Positions 40,290 through 52,469 of a stretch of 64,000 nt of DNA are shown piece by piece. The stretch covers positions 17,608,001-17,672,000 of the forward strand of contig NC_043016.1 in assembly GCF_006345805.1 (NCBI RefSeq). Reading direction: 5' to 3'. The position numbers were made by a program, and so were the translations under genes. Every line of letters starts with the position of its first letter. Positions within the stretch are counted from its first letter, which is position 1. The notes under the pieces were generated by a model. That model searched no databases. It had not been told where the DNA came from and saw nothing but the letters and a program-made list of their open reading frames with translations. The DNA comes from Octopus sinensis. Lineage: Eukaryota.

Positions 40290-40524
40290 TCTGTTCAGTT
40301 GGGTTCAATACCATCCACCCTGAAAAAGACATCTGGAGACTTTAGAAATACTCCACAATCTAGGTGTATTACAAAAATCGGCATTACTTGGAACTGCACA
40401 CATATTGTATAAAGTACTGTTTGTCTGAGGTCCTTGTTATGAATTTTCAAACAGTACAAACCCGCGGTAGACACAATATCTTCAATCAACAACCCCACGA
40501 TATTGGATACTGTGCAACGTCTTA
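40290..40524 (+). mobile_element. R4/Dong-like LINE 3' end followed by (AAT/GAT)n
   Basis: GSIPSTLKRHLETLEILHNLGVLQKSALLGTAHILYKVL across a frameshift, then a short UTR and (AAT)n. Confidence 0.75.
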
Positions 40525-40540
40525 AATAATAATAATAATA

Positions 40541-40618
<78 letters not shown>

Positions 40619-40619
40619 T

Positions 40620-41935
40620 AACCGGGACGAATAAGTTGATTAAAGCCTGCATGATCTCTGTAGGAAATAAAGTAGGCCTCGAGCCAAACTATAAATGTTG
40701 GAATGATGAAAAAAGAACCTTGGTGGAAAAGAAGAATAAAGCAATCAATGAACGAACTACGAAAACATAGCAACATCTCGGAAAGAAAGAAAAAAAGTGA
40801 ATTCAGGAAGAAGGAGAAATATCATGAACCAGAATGTAGATATAGGATAAAGAAAAAGGGGCCAAATGTAGTTCTTGAAGAGCTGAAACAAAGATTGCTG
40901 GCTAAAGTGACAAAGATCAAGAGATACAACCAAAGAAGTGAATAATATAAAATCAAGGAATTGTTGCAGAAAGACCAGAAAAGGTTTTACCAACAGCTGA
41001 ATGGAAAGGTTAACAGCAGTGAGAAACCAGATGCTGAAGAAAGTAGGAGGTTTTGGAGTAACAACTAAGATAACGGAAAAAAAACATAATAAAGATGCTA
41101 AATGGTTGAAGGAATTAAGGTCGGAAAAATATGAAAAATATGAAATCCCAAAGCGGCTGACCACGGATAAAACAATTCTTTGTCAAAAGGATCCCAGCAA
41201 AGGAAATGCAGGGGATGTTTACCAGCCTATCACCTGTATGTCCCTGATCTGGGAACTGATGACAGGAATGATATCTAATTATGTGTATGACTTCCAGGAA
41301 ATGAATGACAAACTGCCAGTGGAACAGAAAGGGTGCAGAAGGGAAAACCGAGGGACAAAAGACCAGCTTCTGATAGACAGAATGGTACTGAACCACTGCA
41401 AAAAAAGACTTACTAATATGGGTACGGCGTGGATTGATTATAAGAAAGCATATGACATGGTGCCCATTACTGGATTTTAGAAAGTCTTGAGTCGGTACAG
41501 GTGTCTGATAACATATCAAATTTTGTTAGGAGATCAATAAAAATAAAACTGGAATAGAGAGTTAACTTCGCGTGGAAAACTTTTAGCGTCATATTTCAAG
41601 AAGATAATCTATCACCATTTAAGTTTGTGATTTGTATGATAACCCTCACACAGATACTACGGAAAGTGACATCGGGGTACACCTTGAAAAGTGGAGGAAA
41701 ATTAAATCATCTGTTATATATGGATGACTTAAAGACCTTTGGAAATAAGTGAAATAGCTTGCTTGGTTTCAACTGTGCATATACTTAGTTAGGATATTGG
41801 AATAGAATTTGGGACTAAAAAGTGTGAAATGCTGACAATACAAAACGGCAAAGTAGTGTCGTCTGATGGGGTAGAGCTACCCAGCGGCGGGAAAATCAAG
41901 GAGATTGAGACTAATGGATATAAATATCGTGATTA
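40620..41935 (+). mobile_element. R4/Dong-like RT fragment
   Basis: EPWWKRRI; YQPITCMS..EQKGCRRENRGTKDQLLID..WIDYKKAYDMVP; NHLLYMDDLK. The 5' junction directly follows (AAT)n. Confidence 0.88.
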
Positions 41936-42949
41936 TATCACGAACAGGCTACAACCCCAGCACCACAACTAAGTCAGAAATTTCTGGAAATCATTCGTAG
42001 GCCCAGCACCAAAAGTCATTCGGAACAGGCCAGACAGTTGACCTCTATGTAACGGATGTTGGCAGCCAAATGAACCGTCTGACCAGTGGAGCATGTCCCC
42101 TCCACACAAAGTGTAAGAGCAAGCGTCCTAGTCTGATCAGCCATGAAGCTGGACAAAGCAAGACAGCCAGGCGGTAGTTAATGACAGATGCGATGTAGGC
42201 GTTTGTCCCCTCCACTGTACGTTTCAGAGATAGCTCACCTCAGCCCATTTCTGGGTGAGATTAGACAACCTGCTGATTACCTTGCCCCAGGTTTTGTCCA
42301 GCTGGAAGTTAGGGCCAAACCAGAAGCCGAGAAATTTAGCCGGTCTTTCAGTCTAGCGTTCCACTACACTACTGGGTGGTGTGGATTTACCTCATAGTCC
42401 ACATTCCAGGCTTCAGACCTTCTGGCTTTTCTTCTCTGATTTTTGCTCCTATCACCGCTTTGTACTCTGTCAGATGTGGTTAGTATCCGATGTTATTACG
42501 GTGACGTTGTCCGCATATACTGACACATCTCTTTCACATTGTAGTTCATGTGGGATGCCCCTCGAAACTTCTAAATTTCGCAATTGTGACTCGAGCACCA
42601 GTAAGTAGTGTAGAGGCGAGATAGAACGGGTTCGACGGATCGAACATATTACCGATCGGTTCCGATTGATGGCCATTTACTCTGACCACCGAGCAGATGT
42701 CGCTGTACATTACAGTGTTCCAACTTTTGAACATTTTACTTTGTTTCCATGGTGTACCTCTGCATCTCGGGCCCATCAAACGAATTTTGTTCCCCCATAC
42801 TTTAAAACACATGATTTAGTTCTGACAACACAGCCTTCGTACTTCGCGTCGAAAAGTTGGCCAAGGGTCAAACTTGCTGTCAGTACGACTATTTTCTAGG
42901 TTCCTAACTAGCTCTCCTTGAACTCTAGAATATTCTACGACTATCAATT

Positions 42950-43093
42950 CTATATTATTTACATTCGACAGATATTTGTCCTCATCTTGTTTATTGTTAA
43001 CACAATGTTTCGGCTGATATACCCTCATCAGCCTTCTTCAGGTGTCTTGAGGAAATTTCCAGCCTGAGTTCTCATTCCTAAGGTATTTTTCGA

Positions 43094-43143
<50 letters not shown>

Positions 43144-43200
43144 TCACTGCCTGAAATCGAACACGGAATCTTGGGGCTGGTATCCTACGCTCTTAACCAC
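42950..43200 (-). mobile_element. tRNA-headed SINE with internal (AAT)n and a 3' hammerhead (left copy)
   Basis: Minus strand: gtggttaagagcg..gtgttcgatttcaggcagtgacctg(aat)n atcgaaaaataccttaggaatgag..gacacCTGAAGA... Confidence 0.85.
42999..43046 (-). ncRNA. Minimal type I hammerhead ribozyme (Penelope-type)
   Basis: GACAC-CUGAAGA-A-GGCUG(augagggUAUAU)CAGCC-GAAACAUU^GUGUU. Stem I GACAC/GUGUU, 5-bp stem II, and the helix III palindrome is ACAU rather than ACGU. Confidence 0.68.
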
Positions 43201-43207
43201 GGGCTTT

Positions 43208-43400
43208 TGGCGTAGTGGTTAAGAGCGAGGGCTACTAACCCCAAGATTCCGAGTTTGATTCCAAGCAGTGACCTGAACAACAACAACAATAACATCGAAA
43301 AATACCTTAGGAATGAGAGCCCAGGTTCGAAATTTCCCCAAGACACCCGAAAAATTGTAAATAATGTACATAATTCCTCATGTCTTAAATATAGAACTGT
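43208..43400 (+). mobile_element. Same SINE, right copy, hammerhead deleted
   Basis: tggcgtagtggttaagagcg..gagtttgattccaagcagtgacctgaa(caa)n catcgaaaaataccttaggaatgag..agacac, which then jumps to gtaaataatgta. Confidence 0.82.
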
Positions 43401-46400
43401 ATTATCAATTCTAATCTAGTAGCCCCCTTAAAAGTTCTGTTTTCTGTAACGTATCAAACCACAAATTTGTGATCTTTCTTTCCGACCAATTTGAAATGTG
43501 AATACCCTATGCTATCTCTGTCTGCTGGCCTACACGATTCTCTGACTAGATACGATCTGGAACATTCGATACTGGCACATTCGGGAAATTCTGAACAGTC
43601 GTGCAAGGCTTTTGTAACCACCTTTCCGATCAGCTCATAATCCCAACATACATTCAAGATAGCGTTCCAATCGCCCACTAGCACAAAAGAGTGGGACGTT
43701 CCGAGGAAAACCTCCAGACCATGAAGAGATCTGGTTGCCCATCCCCTGTTGGGGTTTAGACATCTATCAGCGTGAAAGCACCCTCTTCGCTACTGTTCAT
43801 ATTTAGGACCGTCCGAGTCTAAGAAACTCGACCGCCTCTCAAGACCCAGGCTTTTCTGAAACAATATTGTCATTTCGTCTCCCATTGCAAGTCATTAAAA
43901 AATGTGCGCCATAAGCTAGTGTGTCGGAAATAGTCTCGTTGATTGCTGTTACGCTCATAGCTAGTGACCTGAGGTCATAGAGCAGACGTCCCTATTTCCA
44001 GATTGACCTAGGCTATGTATATTTATGCAACCTGTTGTTAAAGCTGCCATGATGGTAGGAAAGAAGGGAAGAAGAAAAAAGTGTCACCTACCTGGATGAT
44101 TTTCCTTTAGGTAATCGGTTGTATAAAAATCCCTTCTTTGTTTATAGAACTCGTTGGGAAAGATCGTGATGCTGGAGTTTCCGACGTCATTCAGGAAACT
44201 CTTTCTCATCTCCCAAAATGTATCTATTGGCAGCCTTACTAATTTCAGATCCTTCGAGATTTTCACTGTACTTTTATCGAACGCATTCTCCTTCACTGTC
44301 CATGTCTCGATTTTGTGCAAAGCGTGATAGTAGTTCTTTATTTTACCTTCTTACTGGAACAAAGTTGGAAGATGGTGCAATCTGTTGTTGTTCTGGGCGT
44401 ATTTAGTTAGAGTTATTTCTGCTCCATTTGTTGACGAGTTTCTATATTTGCTCGTTTTTCTCTTGCGTGTTCGTTGTTGCTTCGTTTATGCATTCTTTTT
44501 GTTGCAGTCAATAGAGGTTTGTGGTCGTGATGCTGTACTTGTTTAGAGTTAATGTCGTTTTATGTGAGCTTCCCCTTTTCTTTTTGATTTTTTTCACTTC
44601 TTTTTGTTTTGCTTTCCTTACCTACCCCATCACCAGAGGAATGGTTGAAAGACTTCAAGTTGGGTGGGTGCTGGGGCATTTCTTTTGTGCATGCTGGAGG
44701 GGGAATAGGGTCAAAGGAAAAGACAATGTTGGTTTGGAATATTCCCACGGAGGGATTATTTTATCATAGTCATTATTTTTCTCAAACCTCAGTTGCTACT
44801 GCTGGCGAATTTGATATCAATGTTGTTGGTGGTACAGCTATTACTGTTTCCATAGTTTCTGTTGTTACTGCTGTTGGTCCAGATACTGCTATTGTAATTC
44901 CTTTTTTCTTTACTACTATTGTTACTACTACTTCTGTTATTGAACACTGTTGTTGTTATTACAGCGATGGTGTAAGTAGCAATGGGGCGCTCGTTTCCCC
45001 TTTCCTGCTATGTTTGTGTAGGAAGAATGCTCTGAAATTATCAGTTGTTCTACAGGCATCACATCTTGACTATCCGTTCTCCAAAATTGCTCATTGTTCC
45101 GCCCTATTCGGTAGGGAGATGAGGTCTGAGATATTTTCTAGATGCCCAAGATTTCAGATGGAGAAGATCCTCCATTATGGTTCTCATAGCAGTCTCCTGT
45201 CTAATCCTCTACGCATCCAGTTTCATTCCTTTCCAACATAATGCATGCCAATATCCACCTGAGATCTCGTCCATATTGTTGCCTTTACCGTCCTTCTTCC
45301 CAAATACGTGGGGAAGAGAGCGGAATTCACTCTGCAGCGAGGATCTCGACCAAACCGAACTGCCTTTCCCTAGATATATCTACGATGTCTTACCTTACTT
45401 CGTGAAGAACTCTATTGTGCGTTAGCGCCTGCCTCCAGGTGATGAGTTGTTTAAGTCACGGACTGATAAATAATAACCTTTCTAGCAAGCTCTGCCCTTC
45501 TTCCCCTCGATTTTTAAAAACTCAGCGGCATTTTCTAATTTCACCCGTTCTATAGAGAAAGATCGCATCATTCCCTTGTGGAGCCTACTTCAGCGAACGA
45601 AGCCTGGTAATTGTTGTTACTTATGACTTGTGATTTGGTGGTGTCATTGCTTCCGCTGTTGCAGTCGTCGTTTTTTTGCTTGTGTTGCCTTTGCTTTTGG
45701 AACTTTCACCTCCTACTGAGGTGATTTTTGTTTCTGCTGATGCACTTAGTTGTTATAATGGTGGTAGTGGTGGTGGAAATGGACACTCCTCTCTTACAGT
45801 TATTTCTCTGAGCTTTGTTTGACATGACCATTGCTAACGATACTCTAGCTGACATCTAAAGCCGTTGTTGGGATTATATCTCTCGTATGCGTCTGTCAGG
45901 CTTGTCCCGTCACTACGACTGCTGAGGGTGGGGTGACAATGAAGCTGGTGATGTTTGAGTTGAGGTAAGAGGATTAGTTCCCCTTCAGTGTCGTAGTCAG
46001 ACGAACCACTTCCTTGTCTACCAAATAATTTAGTTTAGTTAGCGTGTTTTGGTGTCTCCACGATTTTAGACATGGACATTAACGTTATGCTAAATACTTT
46101 TGTTATAAGAAAGGTGCCATTTAAAGTCTTCATTTAGTGGAGCAGTGGAATAGGGGGTTCTTATCTAACGAGGCGTCCAGCAAAAATTAAACAAAACATT
46201 GTATTTCAAACTAAAGCGATTAACCGTTTACGAGCCAAAGCGAAGAATATACAACAACAACAATAAAATACTTGATTCAAGTTTTTGGGACGGGGTCAGA
46301 AAATTTAGGGAGAAGAGGTTAGTCAATTACCTCAGAATTTTATGGACCACAAAATGATGAAAGGAATAATTTTCTTCAGCAGAATTTCAGCTTCGAATGT

Positions 46401-46466
46401 AAAGAGCTGGAAGAAATGCTGCTAAGTACTTTGTTATATGCAATGAGGATTCTGTCGCTCACCGCC

Positions 46467-46512
<46 letters not shown>

Positions 46513-46534
46513 TCATAATAATAACAACAACAAC

Positions 46535-48640
46535 AACGAGTTCTGAAATGGGATATATGGAAACACTATGATGCAAAGAATGGATGCTAAGTAGATAGAA
46601 ACCATCAAGATAGAATTATTACCATAAGCACAATCGATGTAAAGACTCAAGTGGCTAAGGTAAGCTGCCGGTCCAGATGGGATCCATGGTTTTTAGTTGA
46701 GGAGAAGCAATGTGGTTCATGAAAGACTGGCAACTCAATTGAGTGACTGTCTCAAGAGGAGTGCAATTCCCTCTTGGATGGTGACAGGAAGGACACCACT
46801 TGTAATCAAAGATAGAAGGAGAATGTTGTGGGGGGTAATTACCGTTCTAAAGCATTATATACGGAAGGTATTTACTGGAATATTTGCGGAAAAGACTTAC
46901 AAATCGTCTTCAATAAGGAGGAATGTTACCAAGAAAAAGAAAACAAAAAATGTAGGAAGAGATGCCAAAATACTAACAATCACTTGGTTATTGACAGACA
47001 GCTTTGAGGCATTGTAGAAAAACATGACACCAATATTTCTATCACGTGGATGGACTTTAAGAAGGCATATGATGTGGTGCTTCATTCTTAGATTGTTGAC
47101 TGCCAGTAGAAGTTTGGTATTGTAGACAACGTCACAAATGTTCTTCTATCCTGGGAGAAGAAAATTTGTGATGTTGTACTCGAGCAATGTATCCCTTATA
47201 GAAGTAGAAATTAAAGTGGTCTCTTCTGACTTGTTTCATTTTTCCTCTTTTTTCATAGCACTTTTATTTATAACACTGACATTTAGCAAAGTTAAAATGA
47301 GTTAGCAATGTGGAAAGTTAGGGCCATTCATAAACCACCTTCGGTTTATGGATCACTTGAAACTGATGGGAAAGGCTGAAAACTAGATAGATTCTTTGGT
47401 TAAAACAGTCCAGATATGTAGCAGCGACATCGGTATTGAATATAGGATTTCCAAATGCTCATTGCTAAATATGAAAATGGAAGAATGGTCCCTGTAGTGG
47501 ATTACGGCTGCCATTGGGAGAAACCATAGGGAACCAGAAGGTAGTGGATGCAGGGATTTGGAGGTTTTAGAACAGGATGAAATTTTACATGGAGAACTAT
47601 TAGAGAGGCATTTAAAAAGAGTAAAATTGATTCTTAAATCCAATTTGAATGCAAGAAATCTAGTCACTGGAATAGTATCTTCGCATTTGCTGTGGTTAGT
47701 TATAGTGGGTCCGTTCTCAAGTGAACCGAAGAAGAAATATAAAAGTTGGATAGAAAGACGAGAAAGTTGTTGGGAGCTTTGTACTTTAAAGAAAATATAA
47801 TAGATTGTGTAAAAACAAAGAATGTTGGTATCGGTCTCATCAGTGTGGATTATTGTATTAGCAGAGAAAGAACGCTTGCAGAAAATATCTGGTAAACAGT
47901 GACGAGAAGTTGCTACAATATTCAGCAGAAGATAAGGGTATAAATGCAGATGAAATGTTTGGTAAGGAAGAATTTAACCAAAGGCTTGGAGAAAAGATCT
48001 GGAAATGAGAATGCCTGGTCAATTTGAAAGAGACACACAGGATATCAAGGATAAAGCGACTTCATGGACATGGCTTAAGCAAGGCGATTTGAAGTGTGTC
48101 ACTGAAAGCCTTATAAATGTACCACGTGACCAAGCTCTTGTTACGAATTCTGTGAAGTATAACATCTACAAGACTTCTGACTCACAGAAATGCAGACTCT
48201 GTGACAAGAACATGGAAATTGTAACCCACTTGGTAAGTGGATGTGAAAGCCTGGCACAAAAAGAGGCAAAAGCACCGCCATGGTAAAGTCTGTATCTTCA
48301 TTGGCTTTTATGTTGTAAATGCCAATACGAAGTGACAAAGAATTGGTATCAGCATGTGCCAAGTAAAGTAACGCAGGAGGATGGGAAAGTAATTGAACAT
48401 TACCGACCGAATATGATTGTACTGAACAAGAAAGACAAATATTTTCAGATCATTGACGTAGCCATAACAAATGACATGAATATTGCGATCAAAAAGATTG
48501 CAAAAATACTCCGAATTGAAATTGAAGACACGACCGGAATGCGAGAAAGTAAAAGTGATACGAGTTTGTGATCAGAGTATAAGGATCAACCCCTTTGAAA
48601 CTTCTTGGTACTGCGAACATTTTAAGGAGAGTATTATCTG
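46535..48640 (+). mobile_element. Decayed R4/Dong-like LINE (RT to RLE)
   Basis: IPSWMVTGRT; DFKKAYD; NHLRFMDHLKL; KSNLNARN; WLKQGDLK..E; CRLCDKNMEIVTHLVSGC; YRPNMIVLNKK..IIDVA. Follows (AAT/AAC)n. Confidence 0.85.
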
Positions 48641-49994
48641 TTTGATATTATAATCTGTGATTTGACAGTTAAATACAAAGGTGAATTTTCCATCTACACT
48701 GGTTGGCAAAAGCAATAACAATGATAGTGATGATGATGACGATGGGGATGATGAAGATTTCAAAGATATATAAATTCCTGCTACCTGTCCTTCGATATAC
48801 TTTAAGACAATATTCAAAAACATACCCATATACATAACCAGATGCACTCACACACGCGCGCGCACGCACACCACACACACACACACACAATACACACACC
48901 ATACATACTCACACACACACACGCGCGCATACACACGTCATACGTATTTAATTACGATTAAACTTTGAATAAAGATAGACGTCTACTTTACAATATTGAC
49001 TGGCATGAATGATAAGTACGACCTTATAACAACATTTCGACAAGTGAAAATATAATTAAGATAATATCTAAACTAAAAGCTACAGTCACTCATTAATATA
49101 GAGTTGGATCATTAACATCGTAAGTTGTAAGTCATCCAGAAATGTGTTGTTGTTCCTCAAGTCAACCGAAAGCCGATCAGCATACTTCATTTTATGCCAA
49201 GAAATGCTATTTCACCTCTTTCGCATTATTATGCAATTTATCTACCAACATTTTTCTATCTCTCTTTAATGCACATATATACACTCATTCAAATACGCAC
49301 GCGGACGCACATACATACACGTATATATAGTCACATATGATCACACACAATCGCTCTCACATACATACACACGAACGTGAATATTTCCCGGCAGATTGCC
49401 GTCCATATTTTCGTTATTTCTATCCTTTCCTCAGCTTCTAAATACTATTTGTCTTCTGTCATTTTTTGTTATTAGTCGTTTAAATACTATTACAATTCGG
49501 ACGTTAAATGCTCAAGTTATTAACTGCTGTGAATGGATATACAAGTCGGAAAAAGATTACAGACAATTGAAGCCAATTAAAGTATCTCGACCATTCTTTG
49601 TTTCGGATGAATATCTACATAATTTTCGCCTCTCGTTTGTGCAGCAGCAAACAACCTTAGCAACGAACATATTCTCCTCAGATCATACACTATGTCCTAA
49701 AATGACATCAGATAATCGATTCTTAGATATACTGTGACTGATAAAAAAAGGATATAGTTTATTACTCATCTTCAACTTTAACAGAACAACAATAAATCTC
49801 AGAAGAACAATGTATTCAGTTTACCTTTAGGATATGCTAGATGTGGAATTAAAGTTATTTCCTGATTAGTTTGGAAATAAAAGGATTCGTAATCAACTCG
49901 ACGTGAAGAATTAAAAGAAATTTAGCAACGAACGTAATATCCACAAAGTAACAACTTACAGATAATGTTTCAATGAGAGTAATAATGGTTTCAA

Positions 49995-50205
49995 GTTTTG
50001 ATCCCCCAAGGTCAGCAATATAACGGGGGAGGGGGTAAGTCGATTATATCGACCTCAGGGCTCAACTGATACTTATTTTATCGACCCCGAAATGATGAAA
50101 GGCAAAGTCGACCTCGGTGGAATTTGAACTGAGAACGTAAAAAAATGACAAAATGCCGCTAAACATTTTGTCCGGCGTGCTAATGATTCCACTGGCTTGC
50201 TTTAA
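49995..50205 (-). mobile_element. Family-C SINE
   Basis: gtcgattatatcgacc..ggcaaagtcgacctcggtggaatttgaactgagaacg..ccggcgtgcta. Confidence 0.85.
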
Positions 50206-50558
50206 TGGTAATAATTTAAGATTTTAGCAGAAGGCTAGCAAGTTTTTGGTGAGAGGGTGTGGACCGATTACATTGATCTCAGTTCTTTAATCGAACATGA
50301 AAGTATGAAAAGCGATGTAGTAGTAGTTGTAGTAGCAGTAGTAGTAGAAGTAGTATTAGTAGTAGTAGTAGTAGTGGTAGTAGTAGTAGTAGTATAAGTA
50401 GTAGTAGTAGTAGTAGTAGTAATGACAAAAACAACAACAAGAACAAGAACAATAGCAACGATGATCAATTTGATGTGAAACCCCAGGTTGCTGTCTGCTC
50501 TTACCGAATTAGTTGGAGCAAGTGAAATCGACAGCTTTAAGTGAAATGTATGAGAATG

Positions 50559-50597
<39 letters not shown>

Positions 50598-50624
50598 TAT
50601 AATAATAATAATATACTTTCTACT

Positions 50625-50832
50625 CTCGGCACAAGGCCTGAAATTTTGGGAGGGGGATAGTCGATTACATCGACCCCAGTACATAACTGGTACTTATTTC
50701 ATCGACTCTGAAAGCATTAAAAAGCAAAGTCGACCTCGGTGGAATTTGAACGCAGAACATAAGGACGGACGAAATGCCGCCAAGCATTTTCGCCGCCGGC
50801 GTGCTTACGATTCTGCCAGCTCGCTCCTTTAC
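50625..50832 (-). mobile_element. Family-C SINE, flanked by (AAT)n on both sides
   Basis: ggcacaaggcctgaaattttggg..ctgccagctcgctcctt. Confidence 0.88.
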
Positions 50833-50869
50833 TAATAATAACATTGGTAATAATAATAATATTGAGAGT

Positions 50870-51900
50870 AAAGAACACTAGTCACTGCTAACGGACGAAA
50901 ACCTGAAACGAGAAACCGAATTGCTAATCATAGGCGCTCAAGAAACAAGCCATTTGGACAAAATTGATATCGGTAAAGATTGATAAAACCCAGACAGAGA
51001 GCAAATACAGAATCTGTGGGAAAGGAGTCAAAAATATTCAGTGAAGGCAGCAACTTTGCACAAAAAGTGTATAAGGGCAAGCATGACTGTATAGGTAAAA
51101 AATTGCATCGGGATGTTTGCCGAGTGTGTGGATTGAAAACTTGTGAGAACATGAGCAAGATGATGTAATGGAAAATAAGAATTATAGGATTATTTTGATT
51201 TCTCCATAAAGACAGATCATACTATTGACGTAAGCGGACCAGATATGATTACAGAAGATAATAAAATGGATACATAAGTAATTTGGAAAATTGTGAAATA
51301 TCAAAGAGATAAAGGGGTTGTTCAAGTCAAAATTATTCTTGTGGAAATTGGTTCGCTTGACACAACATCCAAACTGCTACCCAAGAGGCTGGTGTTAAAT
51401 CGTTACGTCCAGAGTTTAGGTGGTCCACTCTTTCAGTCTTATCTATTATGAGATGGAATATATGTAAAGATTTAGCCACTGTAGAGTACAAATCAAGACA
51501 TGATAGAGTTGGCCAATATCTACACTGGTTAATATATCGGCATTATAAAATGAAAAATGTCGACAAATGGTATAAGCACCATTCTGAGGCTGTTACTGAG
51601 GGAGAAATATAACGATTCTTTGGGACTTTCCAGTGCATACAGAACGGACCATCAAAGCAAATAAACCAGATATTGTTGTGAAAGACCAAAACAATAAAGT
51701 CTGTTTATTGATTGACATGGGCAAAACCTGATAAGCTCAGAAAATATAAAGATTTACTAATCGATATAGAAAAGATGTGGCATCTCAAGACGGTTACAAA
51801 ACCAGTGATTGTAGGAGTACTTGGAAAATTATTTGGGAATGATCCCTGGTTTACCATAAATGCGAGGGGTGCAAAAGATTATTTTAATTGGTAGTTCACA
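50870..51900 (+). mobile_element. Two R4/Dong-like C-terminal (RLE) fragments
   Basis: HDCIGKKLHRDVC..; then RHDRVGQYLH, WYKHHSEAV, ILWDFPVHTERTIKANKPDIVVKDQNNKVCLLID. Confidence 0.72.
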
Positions 51901-52169
51901 TGTATCGAGAAGTACATTGTAGCAGTGAGAACAATTATAACTCATGTAGTTATTTCTTTTCTTCTTTTTTCTTTTTCCTTTTCCATTTCGTTTTATTTTT
52001 TTTTCCTTTCACATAACTTGATTTTGTAAATGAACAACCCGTCATGTTTATTTTAATGGCCTGTCAATGTATACAGTGAGTCTCTTTGCTCTAAATGTCG
52101 GGAAGACACCCAGCAAATAATGGAAACAATTGAAAGAAAAACGAATGACAGTAATACTCCTTTCTACAT

Positions 52170-52328
52170 CAGACATAACATCTAAAATTTAGGGGCAGAG
52201 GTAAGTCGATTACATCGATCTTAGTGCGTAACTGGTACGTATTTCATTTACCTCGAAAGTTTCGAAGACGAAGTTGACCTCGGCGGAATTTGAACTCAGA
52301 ACGTAGACAGATAAAATGCCCCTAAGCA
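52170..52328 (-). mobile_element. Family-C SINE (partial)
   Basis: gtaagtcgattacatcga..gacctcggcggaatttgaactcagaacg. Confidence 0.8.
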
Positions 52329-52469
52329 GAGAACTCGGAGACAGACCCTAAACAGACAGATCCGTTCTCTAATGTCAACGTCGTGGCTCGTCATGCCTCA
52401 TTGTTAACAAAACGAAATACAAACCGGAATGGTCATCGACCGGATTACAAAAGGCCACGTACTCGAATG

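Larger units (their letters stand above)
41940..46130 (-). mobile_element. Decayed Tx1/L1-like LINE (ORF1 region, APE, part of RT), interrupted by a SINE pair
   Basis: APE start MAALTTGCINIHSL near 44049; LVGDWNAIL..SYL..DHKFV; RT VRVNG..SPLHYLLVLE..VSVYADNVTV; FVWRGHAPLVRR. The extent of ORF1 and the 5' end is uncertain. Confidence 0.7.

Noticed and set aside
43208-43275. tRNA gene (also the heads at 16443, 22292, 26031 and 31483)
   Set aside because: A and B boxes are present but there is no acceptor-stem pairing, and each continues into a SINE body.
44609-45241. 210-aa plus-strand ORF
   Set aside because: It is antisense to the presumed Tx1-like ORF1 region, low in complexity, and has no recognisable domain.
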